From assembly GCA_964499205.1 (NCBI GenBank), contig CAZCJX010000002.1:9102-73101 (forward strand): 64,000 nt of DNA. Direction: 5' to 3'. Position 1 is the first letter of the stretch, and each line of letters begins with the position of its first letter. Source of the DNA: an uncultured Actinomycetes bacterium (lineage in GTDB: Bacteria > Chloroflexota > Dormibacteria > Aeolococcales > Aeolococcaceae). Shown here piece after piece: positions 55,438 to 64,000 of the stretch. Under the pieces are notes generated by a model. It was not told the origin of the DNA. It was given only the letters and a program-made list of their open reading frames with translations, and ran no database searches. The translations under genes were made by a program, and so were the position numbers.

Positions 55438-56169
55438 GTGCGGAGCGACATGCCCAGCGCACCCGTCGTCGGCATCACCCTGCGTTCCCAGGAGGCGGCG
55501 CCCGGCCGCCCGCCGCGCCTGGTGCAGAACCGCGCGTACCTCGACGCCATCGAGGCCGCCGGCGCCGTCCCCCTCCCGCTGCCACTGCTGCGCGATCCCG
55601 AGCGCCTGCGCGGGCTCTACGACGCCTGCGACGCCATCTGCCTGCCCGGTGGCCCCGACATCGAGCCGCGGCGCTACGGTGAGGATCCGCTGCCCGACGC
55701 CGGCATCAGCAGCAACCCCGAGCTCGACCTCACCGAGATGCTGCTGACCCGCTGGCTGGTCACCGACGACCGTCCCACCCTGGCCATCTGCCGCGGCATC
55801 CAGGTGCTCAACGTGGCCATGGGAGGCACGCTGTGGCAGGACATCGCCGCGCAGGGCGTCAGCCCCCACCATCCCCACGACAACCCGCGCGACGCGGTGG
55901 TCCACGACGTGCACATCGAGAGCGGCACGCTGCTGCATCGCGTCGTCGGCGCCGACACGGTGCAGGTCAACACGCTGCACCACCAGGCGCTGCGCCGCAT
56001 CGGCGACGGCCTGGAGGTGAGCGGTCGCGCCGGCGACGGCGTGGTCGAGGCGGTGGAGATGCCCGACCGCCGCTTCCTGCTCGGCGTGCAGTGGCATCCC
56101 GAGGAGCTGGTCGGGCAGCACGACTGGTCGCGGCGCCTCTTCGCCGCACTGGTGGCCGCCGCCCGGTGA
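55438..56169 (+). CDS. class I glutamine amidotransferase-like gamma-glutamyl hydrolase (peptidase C26, PuuD-like)
   Basis: Nucleophile block CRGIQVLNVAMGGTL, and HH..GVQWHPE. Confidence 0.8.
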   Translation: MRSDMPSAPVVGITLRSQEAAPGRPPRLVQNRAYLDAIEAAGAVPLPLPLLRDPERLRGLYDACDAICLPGGPDIEPRRYGEDPLPDAGISSNPELDLTEMLLTRWLVTDDRPTLAICRGIQVLNVAMGGTLWQDIAAQGVSPHHPHDNPRDAVVHDVHIESGTLLHRVVGADTVQVNTLHHQALRRIGDGLEVSGRAGDGVVEAVEMPDRRFLLGVQWHPEELVGQHDWSRRLFAALVAAAR

Positions 56170-57737
56170 CGTGGCCGCTGCGCCGCACCGCGGCGGCGCT
56201 GCAAAACAATCCCTGGCCCGTCGCCTTCGGTGTGGCCTTCGCCGCCATCGCCGCGCTGCACCTCGTCGCATTGGGCACGTCGCCGCCCGGCCTCTACGTC
56301 GACGAGGCGTCGATCGGCTACAACGCGTGGTCGGTGGCGCACACCGCGCGCGACGAGCACGGCCACTTCCTGCCCTTCTACTTCGAGGCCTTCGGGGAGT
56401 ACAAGAACCCCGTCTACATCTACGCGCTGGCGCCGTTCACCTGGGTGCTGCCGCTGACGCCGTACGTGGTGCGCCTGCCCGCGGCGCTGTTCGGGCTGCT
56501 CACCTGCGCCATGCTGGCGCTCTTCGCACACGTGGTCACGCGGTCGCGCGCCGTCGCCCTGCTCACCCTGGTCACCGCCGGCATCACGCCCTGGTTGGTG
56601 CAGGAGAGCCGCCTCGGCTTCGAGGTGATCTCGATGGTGGCGTTGCTGGCGGTGATGCTGTGGTGCCTGGCGCGCGCGCTCGAAGGCGACTCCTGGCGCT
56701 GGTACGCAGCCGCCGGCGCCGCGCTGGGACTGTCGACCTTCGCCTACAGCACCGGCCGCGCCTTCACCCTGGCGGCGGTGCTGGCCCTGGTGCTGTCGGT
56801 GGGACGGCTGGCGCGGAGCAACCGCTGGGCCGCGGCGCTGGTGGCGCCGCTGGCCTCAGTTGCGGCCATCGCCGTCTACAACCTGGTGCACGACGGGGCC
56901 ATCACCGCGCGCTTCAACGCCATCGGCATCACCGCCGACCACCCCGGCCCGCTCACCCTGGTGCAGCGCTTCGCCGGCAACTACGTCGACTACTGGAACG
57001 TCCCCTTCCTCTTCACACACGGCGACAGCAACCTGCGCCACAGCACCGGCTTCGGCGGCATGCTGCTGGTCACCACCCTGCCGCTGCTGCTGGCCGGCAT
57101 CGCGGTCTGTGTGCGCCGTTGGCGCGAGCCGTTGCCGCGCTTCCTGCTCATCGCCGCCGTCCTCGCTCCCGCACCCGCTGCGCTGACCGCGGAGGGCACG
57201 CCGCATTCGCTGCGCGCCGCCACCATGCTGCCCTTCCTGCTCGCCCTGATGGTCTACGGCTGGGCGGCGCTGCTGCCCCGGCTGGCCACCCGCCGGGTCG
57301 TCGCTGCGGTGCTGGGCGCGGCAGTTCTGGTCGAAGCCGGCGGATACATCGGCGACATGTTCACCGCATATCCCGGACGGGCGCTGGCCGCCTTCGACAC
57401 CGGCGAGGCGGCCGCCATCGCGGAGGCGGGCAGCATCGCCGGCGGCAAACACGACGTCTGGATCTCCACCACGCTGGAGGGCGCCACCATCGAAGCGCTC
57501 TTCGCCCTGCACCCCGACCCGCCCGCCGAAGGTGCCGACGACCAGGCGGCACTGGCGCGCATCGGCGTGCACGTCGAGGACTCCGCCAGCATCGGCATCG
57601 ACGCGCGCGCCGGCGACATGCTGGTCCTCAGCGGCGCCGACCCGGTGCCCCAACGTGCCCGTGTGGTCCTGGTGGACCGGCGCACCACCGGCGACGGCAG
57701 CGTCGACCTCGTCGCCGTTGCCCGGCAACAGCCCTAG
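56166..57737 (+). CDS. GT-C-fold membrane glycosyltransferase (PMT/ArnT-like, family 39/83 type), paralog A
   Basis: GTG 56166 overlaps the upstream stop (GTGA). First-loop acidic motif YVDEASIGYNAWS, about 11 TM helices, and a C-terminal soluble domain. Confidence 0.75.
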   Translation: MTWPLRRTAAALQNNPWPVAFGVAFAAIAALHLVALGTSPPGLYVDEASIGYNAWSVAHTARDEHGHFLPFYFEAFGEYKNPVYIYALAPFTWVLPLTPYVVRLPAALFGLLTCAMLALFAHVVTRSRAVALLTLVTAGITPWLVQESRLGFEVISMVALLAVMLWCLARALEGDSWRWYAAAGAALGLSTFAYSTGRAFTLAAVLALVLSVGRLARSNRWAAALVAPLASVAAIAVYNLVHDGAITARFNAIGITADHPGPLTLVQRFAGNYVDYWNVPFLFTHGDSNLRHSTGFGGMLLVTTLPLLLAGIAVCVRRWREPLPRFLLIAAVLAPAPAALTAEGTPHSLRAATMLPFLLALMVYGWAALLPRLATRRVVAAVLGAAVLVEAGGYIGDMFTAYPGRALAAFDTGEAAAIAEAGSIAGGKHDVWISTTLEGATIEALFALHPDPPAEGADDQAALARIGVHVEDSASIGIDARAGDMLVLSGADPVPQRARVVLVDRRTTGDGSVDLVAVARQQP

Positions 57738-57853
57738 CGCCACGACACGCGACGAACCAACACCCGAACGGACGTGCCCCGCTGGCAAAGCGTGCGAAAC
57801 CTCGCCGCTGCTATCCTCGGCCAACAGGCAGAAGGTGTGGGAGTACAGTTCCG

Positions 57854-59020
57854 ATGACTGATGTGGTGATCGTCGAGGCCGTCCGGACCCCGCTGGGCCG
57901 CGGCAACCAGAAGAACGGCGACCTCAAGGACGTCCACCCCGTCAAGCTCGGCGCCCACGTGCTGCGCGAAGTGGTGAGCCGCGCCAAGCTCGATCCCGCC
58001 ATGGTCGACGACGTGGTCTTCGGCTGCGTGTCGCAGACCGGCGAGCAGTCGATCAACGTGGCCCGCCAGGCGGTGCTGCTGGCCGGCTTTCCCATCGAGG
58101 TGCCGGCGACCACCGTCGACCGCCAGTGCGGCTCGTCGCAGCAGGCGGTGCACTTCGCCGCCAACCTGATCTCCTCGGGCGTGTGCGACATCACCATCGC
58201 CGCCGGCGTCGAGAGCATGAGCCGCGTTCCCATGGGCAGCACCGTGCTGCAGGGCCCGGGCTCGCCGTTCCCGCCCGAGCTGCTCGAGCAGTACAACCTG
58301 GTGTCGCAGGGACTCGCTGCGGAGATGATCGCCGAGCAGTGGGGCATCAGCCGCGACGAGGCCGACCAGCTGGCCACCGAGTCGCACCGCCGCGCCGCGC
58401 GCGCGCAGGCCGAGGGCCGTTTCGACCGCGAGATCGCGCCCTACGTCGTCGGCGACAACGGCGACAGCCGCGTGGTCTCGCAGGACCAGGGCATCCGTCC
58501 CAGCACCACGCCGGAGACGCTGGCCGGCCTGCAGCCCTCGTTCAAGCCCGACGGCATCCTCCACGCCGGCAACTCCTCGCAGATCACCGACGGCGCCAGC
58601 GCCATCCTGCTGATGTCGCGCGAGAAGGCCAACCAGCTGGGCCTCAAGCCGCGCGCCCGGGTGCGCGCCCAGACCGTGGTCGGCGTCGACCCGGTGACCA
58701 TGCTGACCGGTCCCATCCCCGCCACCACCAAGGTGCTCGCCAAGGCGGGCATGCAGATGTCCGACATCGACCTGTTCGAGGTCAACGAGGCCTTCGCGGT
58801 GGTGCCCATCGCCTGGGCGCGCGAGCACAACCCCGACATGGAGAAGGTCAACGTCAACGGCGGTGCCATCGCCCTGGGTCATCCCCTCGGCGCCAGCGGC
58901 GCGCGTCTGATGACCACGCTTCTGCACGAGCTGGAGCGCACCGGCAAGCAGGTCGGACTCGAGACCATGTGCTGCGGCGGCGGCATCGGCACCGCGACGA
59001 TCATCGACCGCGAGGTCTGA
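57854..59020 (+). CDS. acetyl-CoA acetyltransferase (thiolase)
   Basis: In-frame ATG 57854 (MTDVVIVEAVRTP). Active-site Cys block VDRQCGSSQQA and C-terminal NVNGGAIALGHPLGASG..CCGGG. Confidence 0.9.
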   Translation: MTDVVIVEAVRTPLGRGNQKNGDLKDVHPVKLGAHVLREVVSRAKLDPAMVDDVVFGCVSQTGEQSINVARQAVLLAGFPIEVPATTVDRQCGSSQQAVHFAANLISSGVCDITIAAGVESMSRVPMGSTVLQGPGSPFPPELLEQYNLVSQGLAAEMIAEQWGISRDEADQLATESHRRAARAQAEGRFDREIAPYVVGDNGDSRVVSQDQGIRPSTTPETLAGLQPSFKPDGILHAGNSSQITDGASAILLMSREKANQLGLKPRARVRAQTVVGVDPVTMLTGPIPATTKVLAKAGMQMSDIDLFEVNEAFAVVPIAWAREHNPDMEKVNVNGGAIALGHPLGASGARLMTTLLHELERTGKQVGLETMCCGGGIGTATIIDREV

Positions 59021-59023
59021 GCC

Positions 59024-60634
59024 TCAGCGCCTCCACACCGAGGCGACCACGAGGTCCTGCTGCTGCGGCTGCTGCACCTGGTCGACGGGCGTGTCCAGCG
59101 TGACCGTCTGGCGAGCCAGCAGCGTCGCTCCCGGCGGCGCGACGTCGAAGGGGCCGAGCACCATGATGTCGCCGGGCGCCGCCATCATCGCCGCGTTGCC
59201 GATGCGCACCCGGATCGCCTGCGGTCCGGCGACGGCGATCTCGCGCGGGTCGGCCTGCACCCAGAAGTAGGCGAAGATATACGGCGCCTCGAAGTGGTCG
59301 GAGATGACCACCTCGTGCCCGTCCGCCAGCCGGTGCGCCTGGGCGATCGCCGGACCCAGTCCCGCTTCGAAGTAGAGCGCGGAGCGCTGCGGCCAGTAGT
59401 GGTACAGGTCGTTGAAGAACACCCCGCCCTCGACCAGCGCGGCGGCGGCGAGCACGGCCGCGGCGGTGCGGCGCGATGCCAGCAGCGGGAGCAACCGCTG
59501 CCACCCGTACACCGAGGCGAGCAGCAGGAAGGGCACCATGATGGCGGCGCGGACGGCGTGCGGCGTGCCCTCCATGGTCAGCGCGGCCGGCGCCGGTGAG
59601 AAGAGCAGTCCCAGCAGGGTGAAGCGCGGCAGCGGCTCGCGCCAGCGCCGCAGGCACACCGCGATGCCGAGCAGGATCGCCGGCAGGGTGACGATGAGCA
59701 GCTCGCCGCCGTAGCCGGTGTTGTGGCGCAGGTTGGCGTCGCCGTGGGTGGCCAGGAAGGGCGCGCCCCAGTACTGCACGTAGTTGTTGACGAAGCGGGC
59801 CACAACCGTGAACGGCCCGGGATGCCCGTTGAGGATGCCGACGACGTCGAAGCGGGAGGTCAGCGCGCCGGGATGCCCTGTCGACCAGGCGAGCAGCACC
59901 GCGTAGGCCCCGGCCACCGGCACGGCGCTGAGCCACCATTGCCGGAAGCGGCGCAGCGGCAGGCCGAAGGCGAGCGCCGCCGCGATCCAGAGCATGGCGC
60001 CGAAGATGCGGCCGGTCTGGTAGGCGTACACCGCGGCGGCGATCCAGAGTCCCAGCGCGGCGAACCAGCGCGGGCGGTTCTCGGCGGCGTGCGTCGCCGC
60101 CCAGATCGCCCCGGCGACGCAGAGCACCACCATGTTGACGTCGAAGCCGACGCGGTTCTCCACCACCAGCCAGGGCTCCACCGCCGCGGTGAGCATGACC
60201 AGCAGCGCCACCGGCCGCGAGCGGGTGATCCGCCACGCCGCCAGGGCCAACAGGATGCACACGGCGATCCCCGAGACCGCCGCGGGCAGGCGCTCGACGG
60301 CGGGGGTGAGCCCGAAGATGCGGGTCAGCGGCGCCAGCACGTAGAAGTAGATCGGGCTCTTCCAGTCGCCGAAGGACTCGAAGAAGAGCGGCCAGGCGTG
60401 GCCGTGCTCGTCGATGCCGGCGTTGGCCACCGCCCAGGCGTTGTAGCCGATCGCCGCCTCGTCGTTGTACTGCCCGAGCGGCACGCTGCCCAGGGCGGCG
60501 AGCCGCTGCAGGACGATCGCCAGCAGCGCGGCGGCAAAGGCCAGCGGCCAGCTGTTCTCCCCGGCCCATCGCGCCAAACGGTCCAATCGCGAAGGGCGGC
60601 GCTGCGCCCGCTCGGCGACCGCCACGTGCTCCAT
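59024..60634 (-). CDS. GT-C-fold membrane glycosyltransferase, paralog B
   Basis: 536 aa, collinear with paralog A: YNDEAAIGYNAWAV vs YVDEASIGYNAWSV, and HGDANLRHNTGYGG vs HGDSNLRHSTGFGG. Confidence 0.75.
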   Translation of the reverse strand: MEHVAVAERAQRRPSRLDRLARWAGENSWPLAFAAALLAIVLQRLAALGSVPLGQYNDEAAIGYNAWAVANAGIDEHGHAWPLFFESFGDWKSPIYFYVLAPLTRIFGLTPAVERLPAAVSGIAVCILLALAAWRITRSRPVALLVMLTAAVEPWLVVENRVGFDVNMVVLCVAGAIWAATHAAENRPRWFAALGLWIAAAVYAYQTGRIFGAMLWIAAALAFGLPLRRFRQWWLSAVPVAGAYAVLLAWSTGHPGALTSRFDVVGILNGHPGPFTVVARFVNNYVQYWGAPFLATHGDANLRHNTGYGGELLIVTLPAILLGIAVCLRRWREPLPRFTLLGLLFSPAPAALTMEGTPHAVRAAIMVPFLLLASVYGWQRLLPLLASRRTAAAVLAAAALVEGGVFFNDLYHYWPQRSALYFEAGLGPAIAQAHRLADGHEVVISDHFEAPYIFAYFWVQADPREIAVAGPQAIRVRIGNAAMMAAPGDIMVLGPFDVAPPGATLLARQTVTLDTPVDQVQQPQQQDLVVASVWRR

Positions 60635-60841
60635 GTCCGACGCAGGGAAGCACAGCCGCGGGCCTCGCGGCCAGTGCTCGGTCCTGTGCGGGCGCTGGCG
60701 CGTCCGGTGAAGGGCGTATGGGGTCGCCGATGGGCCGGGAAAGAAGCGGTCACGGGAGTGTCGCAGCCGATCGGGAGGTCAGACATGCCCGTGCTATGCT
60801 CAGCGCCGCTTCAGCCGCCCCACGTTGTGCTGTCACCCGAT

Positions 60842-61225
60842 ATGACCACCGGTACGTCCATGAAGAAAGTCCTGATCATCGAGGACTACTACGCCCTCGC
60901 CGACATCGAGTCGCTCCTCTGCACCATGGAGGGGTACGAGGTGAAGGTGGCGAAGTCCGGTGACGAGGGGCTGGCCCTGTTCAGCGAGTTCCAGCCGGAC
61001 CTGATCCTGCTCGACCTCATGCTCCCCGGCGAGCTGAGCGGGTCGCAGGTGCTGGAGCGCATCCGTGCCGAGAACGGCAGCGAGCCCAAGGTCCTGGTGG
61101 TCAGCGCCCTGGTCAACCCGACCACCGCGCCCAAGCTCGAGGCCTACGGCAACGTGGAGACCCTCGGCAAGCCCTTCAAGATCAAGGAGCTGGCGGCGCG
61201 CATCCAGGCGATGCTCGACGCCTGA
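60842..61225 (+). CDS. stand-alone receiver-domain response regulator (CheY-like)
   Basis: KVLIIEDY.., phospho-acceptor LILLDLMLP, and the conserved S and K residues (VVSAL, GKPF). No output domain. Confidence 0.8.
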   Translation: MTTGTSMKKVLIIEDYYALADIESLLCTMEGYEVKVAKSGDEGLALFSEFQPDLILLDLMLPGELSGSQVLERIRAENGSEPKVLVVSALVNPTTAPKLEAYGNVETLGKPFKIKELAARIQAMLDA

Positions 61226-61237
61226 GGCCTTCCAGCC

Positions 61238-61540
61238 GTGCGGGCTGAGCCACCGCCGCCCCCACGCCGCCGCCGCCACCAGGACGACGCGGCACCGCCC
61301 CATCGGGGCTACACCGGCCCGCGGCGACGCTGTCCCTACCTGGAGCAGATCCTCCGCGAGAGCGCCGGCCCCTTCGGGATGCTGACGCGCTACAAGGCCG
61401 ACTGCCACGTCGATCGGCGCACCCACAAGTTCACCGGCCGCAACCCCATGCCTCCCTGCATCACCGACCCGGTGAGCTGCTCGCTCTACCAGCGGGAGCG
61501 CAGCGAGGAGGACCGGCAGATCAGCAGGTACACGGACTGA
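61238..61540 (+). CDS. small hypothetical protein with four Cys (CPYL..C..PPC..SC)
   Basis: GTG start 12 nt after the receiver gene. GC3 is high from about codon 30 onward. The N-terminal 30 residues are low complexity, so the start is uncertain. No family recognised. Confidence 0.4.
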   Translation: MRAEPPPPPRRRRHQDDAAPPHRGYTGPRRRCPYLEQILRESAGPFGMLTRYKADCHVDRRTHKFTGRNPMPPCITDPVSCSLYQRERSEEDRQISRYTD

Positions 61541-61573
61541 CGCGCGCCGCCTCGTAAACGGCCGCCCGTGGCG

Positions 61574-63094
61574 CTAGCTCGCCTTCGGCACCGTCACCGA
61601 CGACGCGGGCCCGGTGCCGATGGCGTTGACCGCCACCACCGTGAAGGTGTAGGCGACAGTGCGCTTGACGTTGCCGTAGCTCACCGACGTGGTCGCCGCA
61701 CCCACCGTCTGGGTGGTGCCCCCTGGTGAGACGGTGATGCGATAGCCGGTGATCGCGCTGCCGCCGTTGGACAGCGGCGCCGACCAGCTCACGGTGATCG
61801 ACGTCTTGCCGCGCACCGCGGTCAGGTTGACCACCGCGCCGGGTGGATCGAGCCGCTCGTAGACGCCCATGTCGACCACGCCGTTGACGATGCGCGCGTG
61901 GCCGTCGAGGTCGGTGCTGGGCAGGCCCGCGGCGCTGTTGGTGCCGGCATCGGCGACGGGCGAGGCGCTGCCGAGGTGGTAGTCGCCGCCCGTCGCGTTG
62001 ACGAACTGCGGGTCCACCGAGAGGTTGCCCTTCGACGCCGGGTTGGCCAGGCAGGGGCCGCTGAACGACGCGCTGCCACCGCCGGTCATGTCGTCGGTGA
62101 TGAAGGCCGGCGGCACTGCGTCGTAGGTGGTGTCGCAGGCCAGCGGCATGTCTCCGGACGGCGCCACCAGCAGCGTGTTCGACACCACCATGCGGTCGTC
62201 GAACCCGCCGACCCACAGCCCGGTGCCGTTGTTGCTGACGATGGTGTCGTTGGTGAGCGTGGGACCCTGCGTCCCCGAGGGGGGTGAGAGGTACAGGCCC
62301 GCGCCGGTCGGCGCCGTGTTGCTGGCGACGATGTTCTGCACGACCAGCGCGTCGGACTGGTTGACGGCATAGACACCGCCGCCCTCAGAGCCCGCGCCGT
62401 TGCCGGTGATGACGTTGTTCTCCACCGTCGGGGTGCCGGCGGCGAAGAGTGCGATGCCGCCGCCGAAGTCCGCGTGGTTGCCGGTCATGGTGTTGCCGAC
62501 GATCTGCGCCGAGGCGGCGCCGCGGACGTAGATGCCGCCGCCCTGGCCGCCGCTGCAGGTGTTCTGCAGGTTGTTGCTGATGGTGTTGCCCTGGATCAGC
62601 GGGGAGGCGAAGGCCACCGAGATGCCCATCCCGGAGCAGCCGCCGTTGCCGGTGATCACGTTCTGCAGGATCGACGGAGAGGCGCTGCTGATGTGCACGC
62701 CGCCGCCCTCGTAGCCGAACGAGGCGGGCGTGGTGCCGTCCTGCAGGGTGAAGCCCTGCAGCACCGAGGAGCGGGTCTCGCCGGTGGAGAAGTTGGCCAC
62801 CGGGCCGATGCCGCCGCCGTCGATCACCGTCGTCGCCGCACCCTGGCTGCTGGCCACGGTGATCGCCTTGCCCTTGAAGTCGATGTTCTCGTGGTAGGTG
62901 CCGGGGTTGACGAGAACCGTGTCACCCGGCGAGGCCGCGTCGATGCCGGCCTGGATGGTGGGCTGCTGGGTGGGCACGACGATGGTCGTGGCGGCGCGGG
63001 CTCCGGTGGCCCACACCACCGAGAGCGCGAGGGTGGCGGCGGCGAGGGCGGCCGCGCTGACGGTGCGGCGGACGCCGCCCGATGTCCTGCCCAT
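61574..63094 (-). CDS. secreted right-handed parallel beta-helix repeat protein with C-terminal fibronectin type III domain
   Basis: Signal peptide ..ATGARA/ATT. Repeated G.GG.I....S...I..N.I..N turns (PbH1-type). C-terminal Fn3 (SWSAP..NGGS.ITGY.I). Confidence 0.8.
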   Translation of the reverse strand: MGRTSGGVRRTVSAAALAAATLALSVVWATGARAATTIVVPTQQPTIQAGIDAASPGDTVLVNPGTYHENIDFKGKAITVASSQGAATTVIDGGGIGPVANFSTGETRSSVLQGFTLQDGTTPASFGYEGGGVHISSASPSILQNVITGNGGCSGMGISVAFASPLIQGNTISNNLQNTCSGGQGGGIYVRGAASAQIVGNTMTGNHADFGGGIALFAAGTPTVENNVITGNGAGSEGGGVYAVNQSDALVVQNIVASNTAPTGAGLYLSPPSGTQGPTLTNDTIVSNNGTGLWVGGFDDRMVVSNTLLVAPSGDMPLACDTTYDAVPPAFITDDMTGGGSASFSGPCLANPASKGNLSVDPQFVNATGGDYHLGSASPVADAGTNSAAGLPSTDLDGHARIVNGVVDMGVYERLDPPGAVVNLTAVRGKTSITVSWSAPLSNGGSAITGYRITVSPGGTTQTVGAATTSVSYGNVKRTVAYTFTVVAVNAIGTGPASSVTVPKAS

Positions 63095-63130
63095 GGGGCG
63101 CCGAGTATATCGCCGCTTTTGACGCAGTGC

Positions 63131-63967
63131 TCATGTCGCGGCGAGGGAACCCAGCATGGCCATGCTGAGCAGGGCGCGGAACACCGTGGGGTAGTCGTCG
63201 TGGGTGAAGCGCAGGGTGCGGCCGGCGGGGCGCTCGACGCCGGGGATGGTCGAGCCGTAGTCGGCGGCGAGGGTGGTGTGCACGTCGCACTCCAGCACGT
63301 AGGGTGGTTCGACGACGAAGGGATGCAGGTGCCCGGCGGCCACCCGCTGCAGGCCGTCCCGCGCCGCCGCGGCGATGCGCTCACGGGCCACGGTGGGATG
63401 CAGGCTGTAGGCCGCCTCGTTGCCGAAGGCCGCCTTGGTGGCCACGGTGGACAGGTCGGGGCCGAGCGCGGCGCGCGCCTCGGCACAGGTCGCCTCGTCG
63501 CCGCTCACCATCGCCACCGGCACGCCGCTGTGTCCGGCCAGTGCGGCGTTGAGGGTGGTCTCTGTCTGGCGCACCCCGTTGATGCGCACCGCGCGGAAGG
63601 TCCGCGACGAGTAGGTGTGGTCGAGAATCGCCGGGGCCGAGCCCGCGCCGCCGTGGTAGCCGAGGAAGATGGCGGCGTCGAAGCGGGGACCGATGCCGGC
63701 CATCATGTAGAAGGGCTTGGGATAGCCGATGCTGCACTCGGCGCGCGGGTCGAGCAGCTCGGGATCGAGGTTGAGCATGCGCGCGTGCGAGTCGTTGACC
63801 ACGATGCGCGTGGCCCCGGCGGCGGCGCAGGCCTGCACCGCGGCGTTGGCCTCCTCGGTCATCAGCCGGCGGGCCTGGCGGTAGGCGTCGGTCTGCGCCG
63901 GGATCACCTGCTCCCGGGCCACGATTCCCGCCACGCCTTCGAGGTCGATGCTGATGTAGACGTCCAT
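63131..63967 (-). CDS. D-aminopeptidase, peptidase M55 (DppA) family
   Basis: MDVYISIDLEGVAGI N-terminus and the NDSHA and GYHG blocks. ATG 63967 preferred over TTG 63970. Confidence 0.85.
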   Translation of the reverse strand: MDVYISIDLEGVAGIVAREQVIPAQTDAYRQARRLMTEEANAAVQACAAAGATRIVVNDSHARMLNLDPELLDPRAECSIGYPKPFYMMAGIGPRFDAAIFLGYHGGAGSAPAILDHTYSSRTFRAVRINGVRQTETTLNAALAGHSGVPVAMVSGDEATCAEARAALGPDLSTVATKAAFGNEAAYSLHPTVARERIAAAARDGLQRVAAGHLHPFVVEPPYVLECDVHTTLAADYGSTIPGVERPAGRTLRFTHDDYPTVFRALLSMAMLGSLAAT

Positions 63968-64000
63968 CAACGCTCGGGCGCGCCGGGACCGACCAGCTCG
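63967..64000 (-). CDS. 3' end of an unidentified CDS running out of the window (..ELVGPGAPER*)
   Basis: Open minus-strand frame ending at the TGA (complement of 63967-63969), which overlaps the downstream ATG by 1 nt. Too short to identify. Confidence 0.3.
   Translation of the reverse strand, partial: ELVGPGAPER

Noticed and set aside
51889-56271. 1460-aa stop-free ORF on the minus strand, spanning the cytochrome b, TldD, PmbA and amidotransferase genes.
   Set aside because: Its composition (Ala/Gly/Arg/Val/Asp/His/Gln-rich, no motifs) is what the antisense frame of high-GC3 genes produces. The + strand genes carry unambiguous family motifs (HExxxH, the CRGIQ nucleophile and others). Long antisense open frames are expected at this GC content.

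Overview
High-GC (roughly 70% or more, judged by eye) bacterial chromosomal segment. It is densely coding, with many ATGA/GTGA start-stop overlaps. The gene content looks Actinobacteria-like or like another deep-branching Gram-positive, but that is inference only. Because of the GC content, the six-frame track is full of long stop-free antisense ORFs. I called genes only where the protein shows recognisable family motifs or a clear high-GC3/hydrophobicity signature.

Housekeeping content:
- DUF1232 protein-rplI-dnaB; dnaB carries a 169-aa mini-intein
- hom-thrC-thrB-aspartate kinase, followed by a DUF951 gene and ychF
- selA-NUDIX-selB, followed by a translationally coupled Ca2+/cation antiporter
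- class II fumarase, endonuclease IV, CCA-adding enzyme, DEAD-box helicase
- TldD/PmbA
- a peptide ABC transporter next to a dCache-GAF histidine kinase/LuxR regulator pair
- an LprG-like lipoprotein + MFS pair
- a MsrP-like molybdoenzyme + cytochrome b
- two paralogous GT-C glycosyltransferases

No rRNA, tRNA, CRISPR array, transposase or integrase was found.

Most interesting observations:
1. A Fic (AMPylase-type) gene is bracketed exactly by near-identical AT-rich palindromic units built on CCTTGGAATT/AATTCCAAGG.
2. A ~105-nt GC-rich hairpin element occurs twice (118-222 and 50898-51003), with conserved internal loops and compensatory stem changes.
3. A tail-anchored protein is encoded in one gene string with a Get3/ArsA-HSP20 ATPase, a small helical protein and a site-2 protease.
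4. A 336-bp structured non-coding region sits next to the Fic cassette.
5. A circularly permuted orphan DNA methyltransferase.
6. Two membrane or lipoprotein genes have their N-terminal signal or TM segment upstream of any canonical start codon.
7. The peptide ABC operon lacks its B-type permease.
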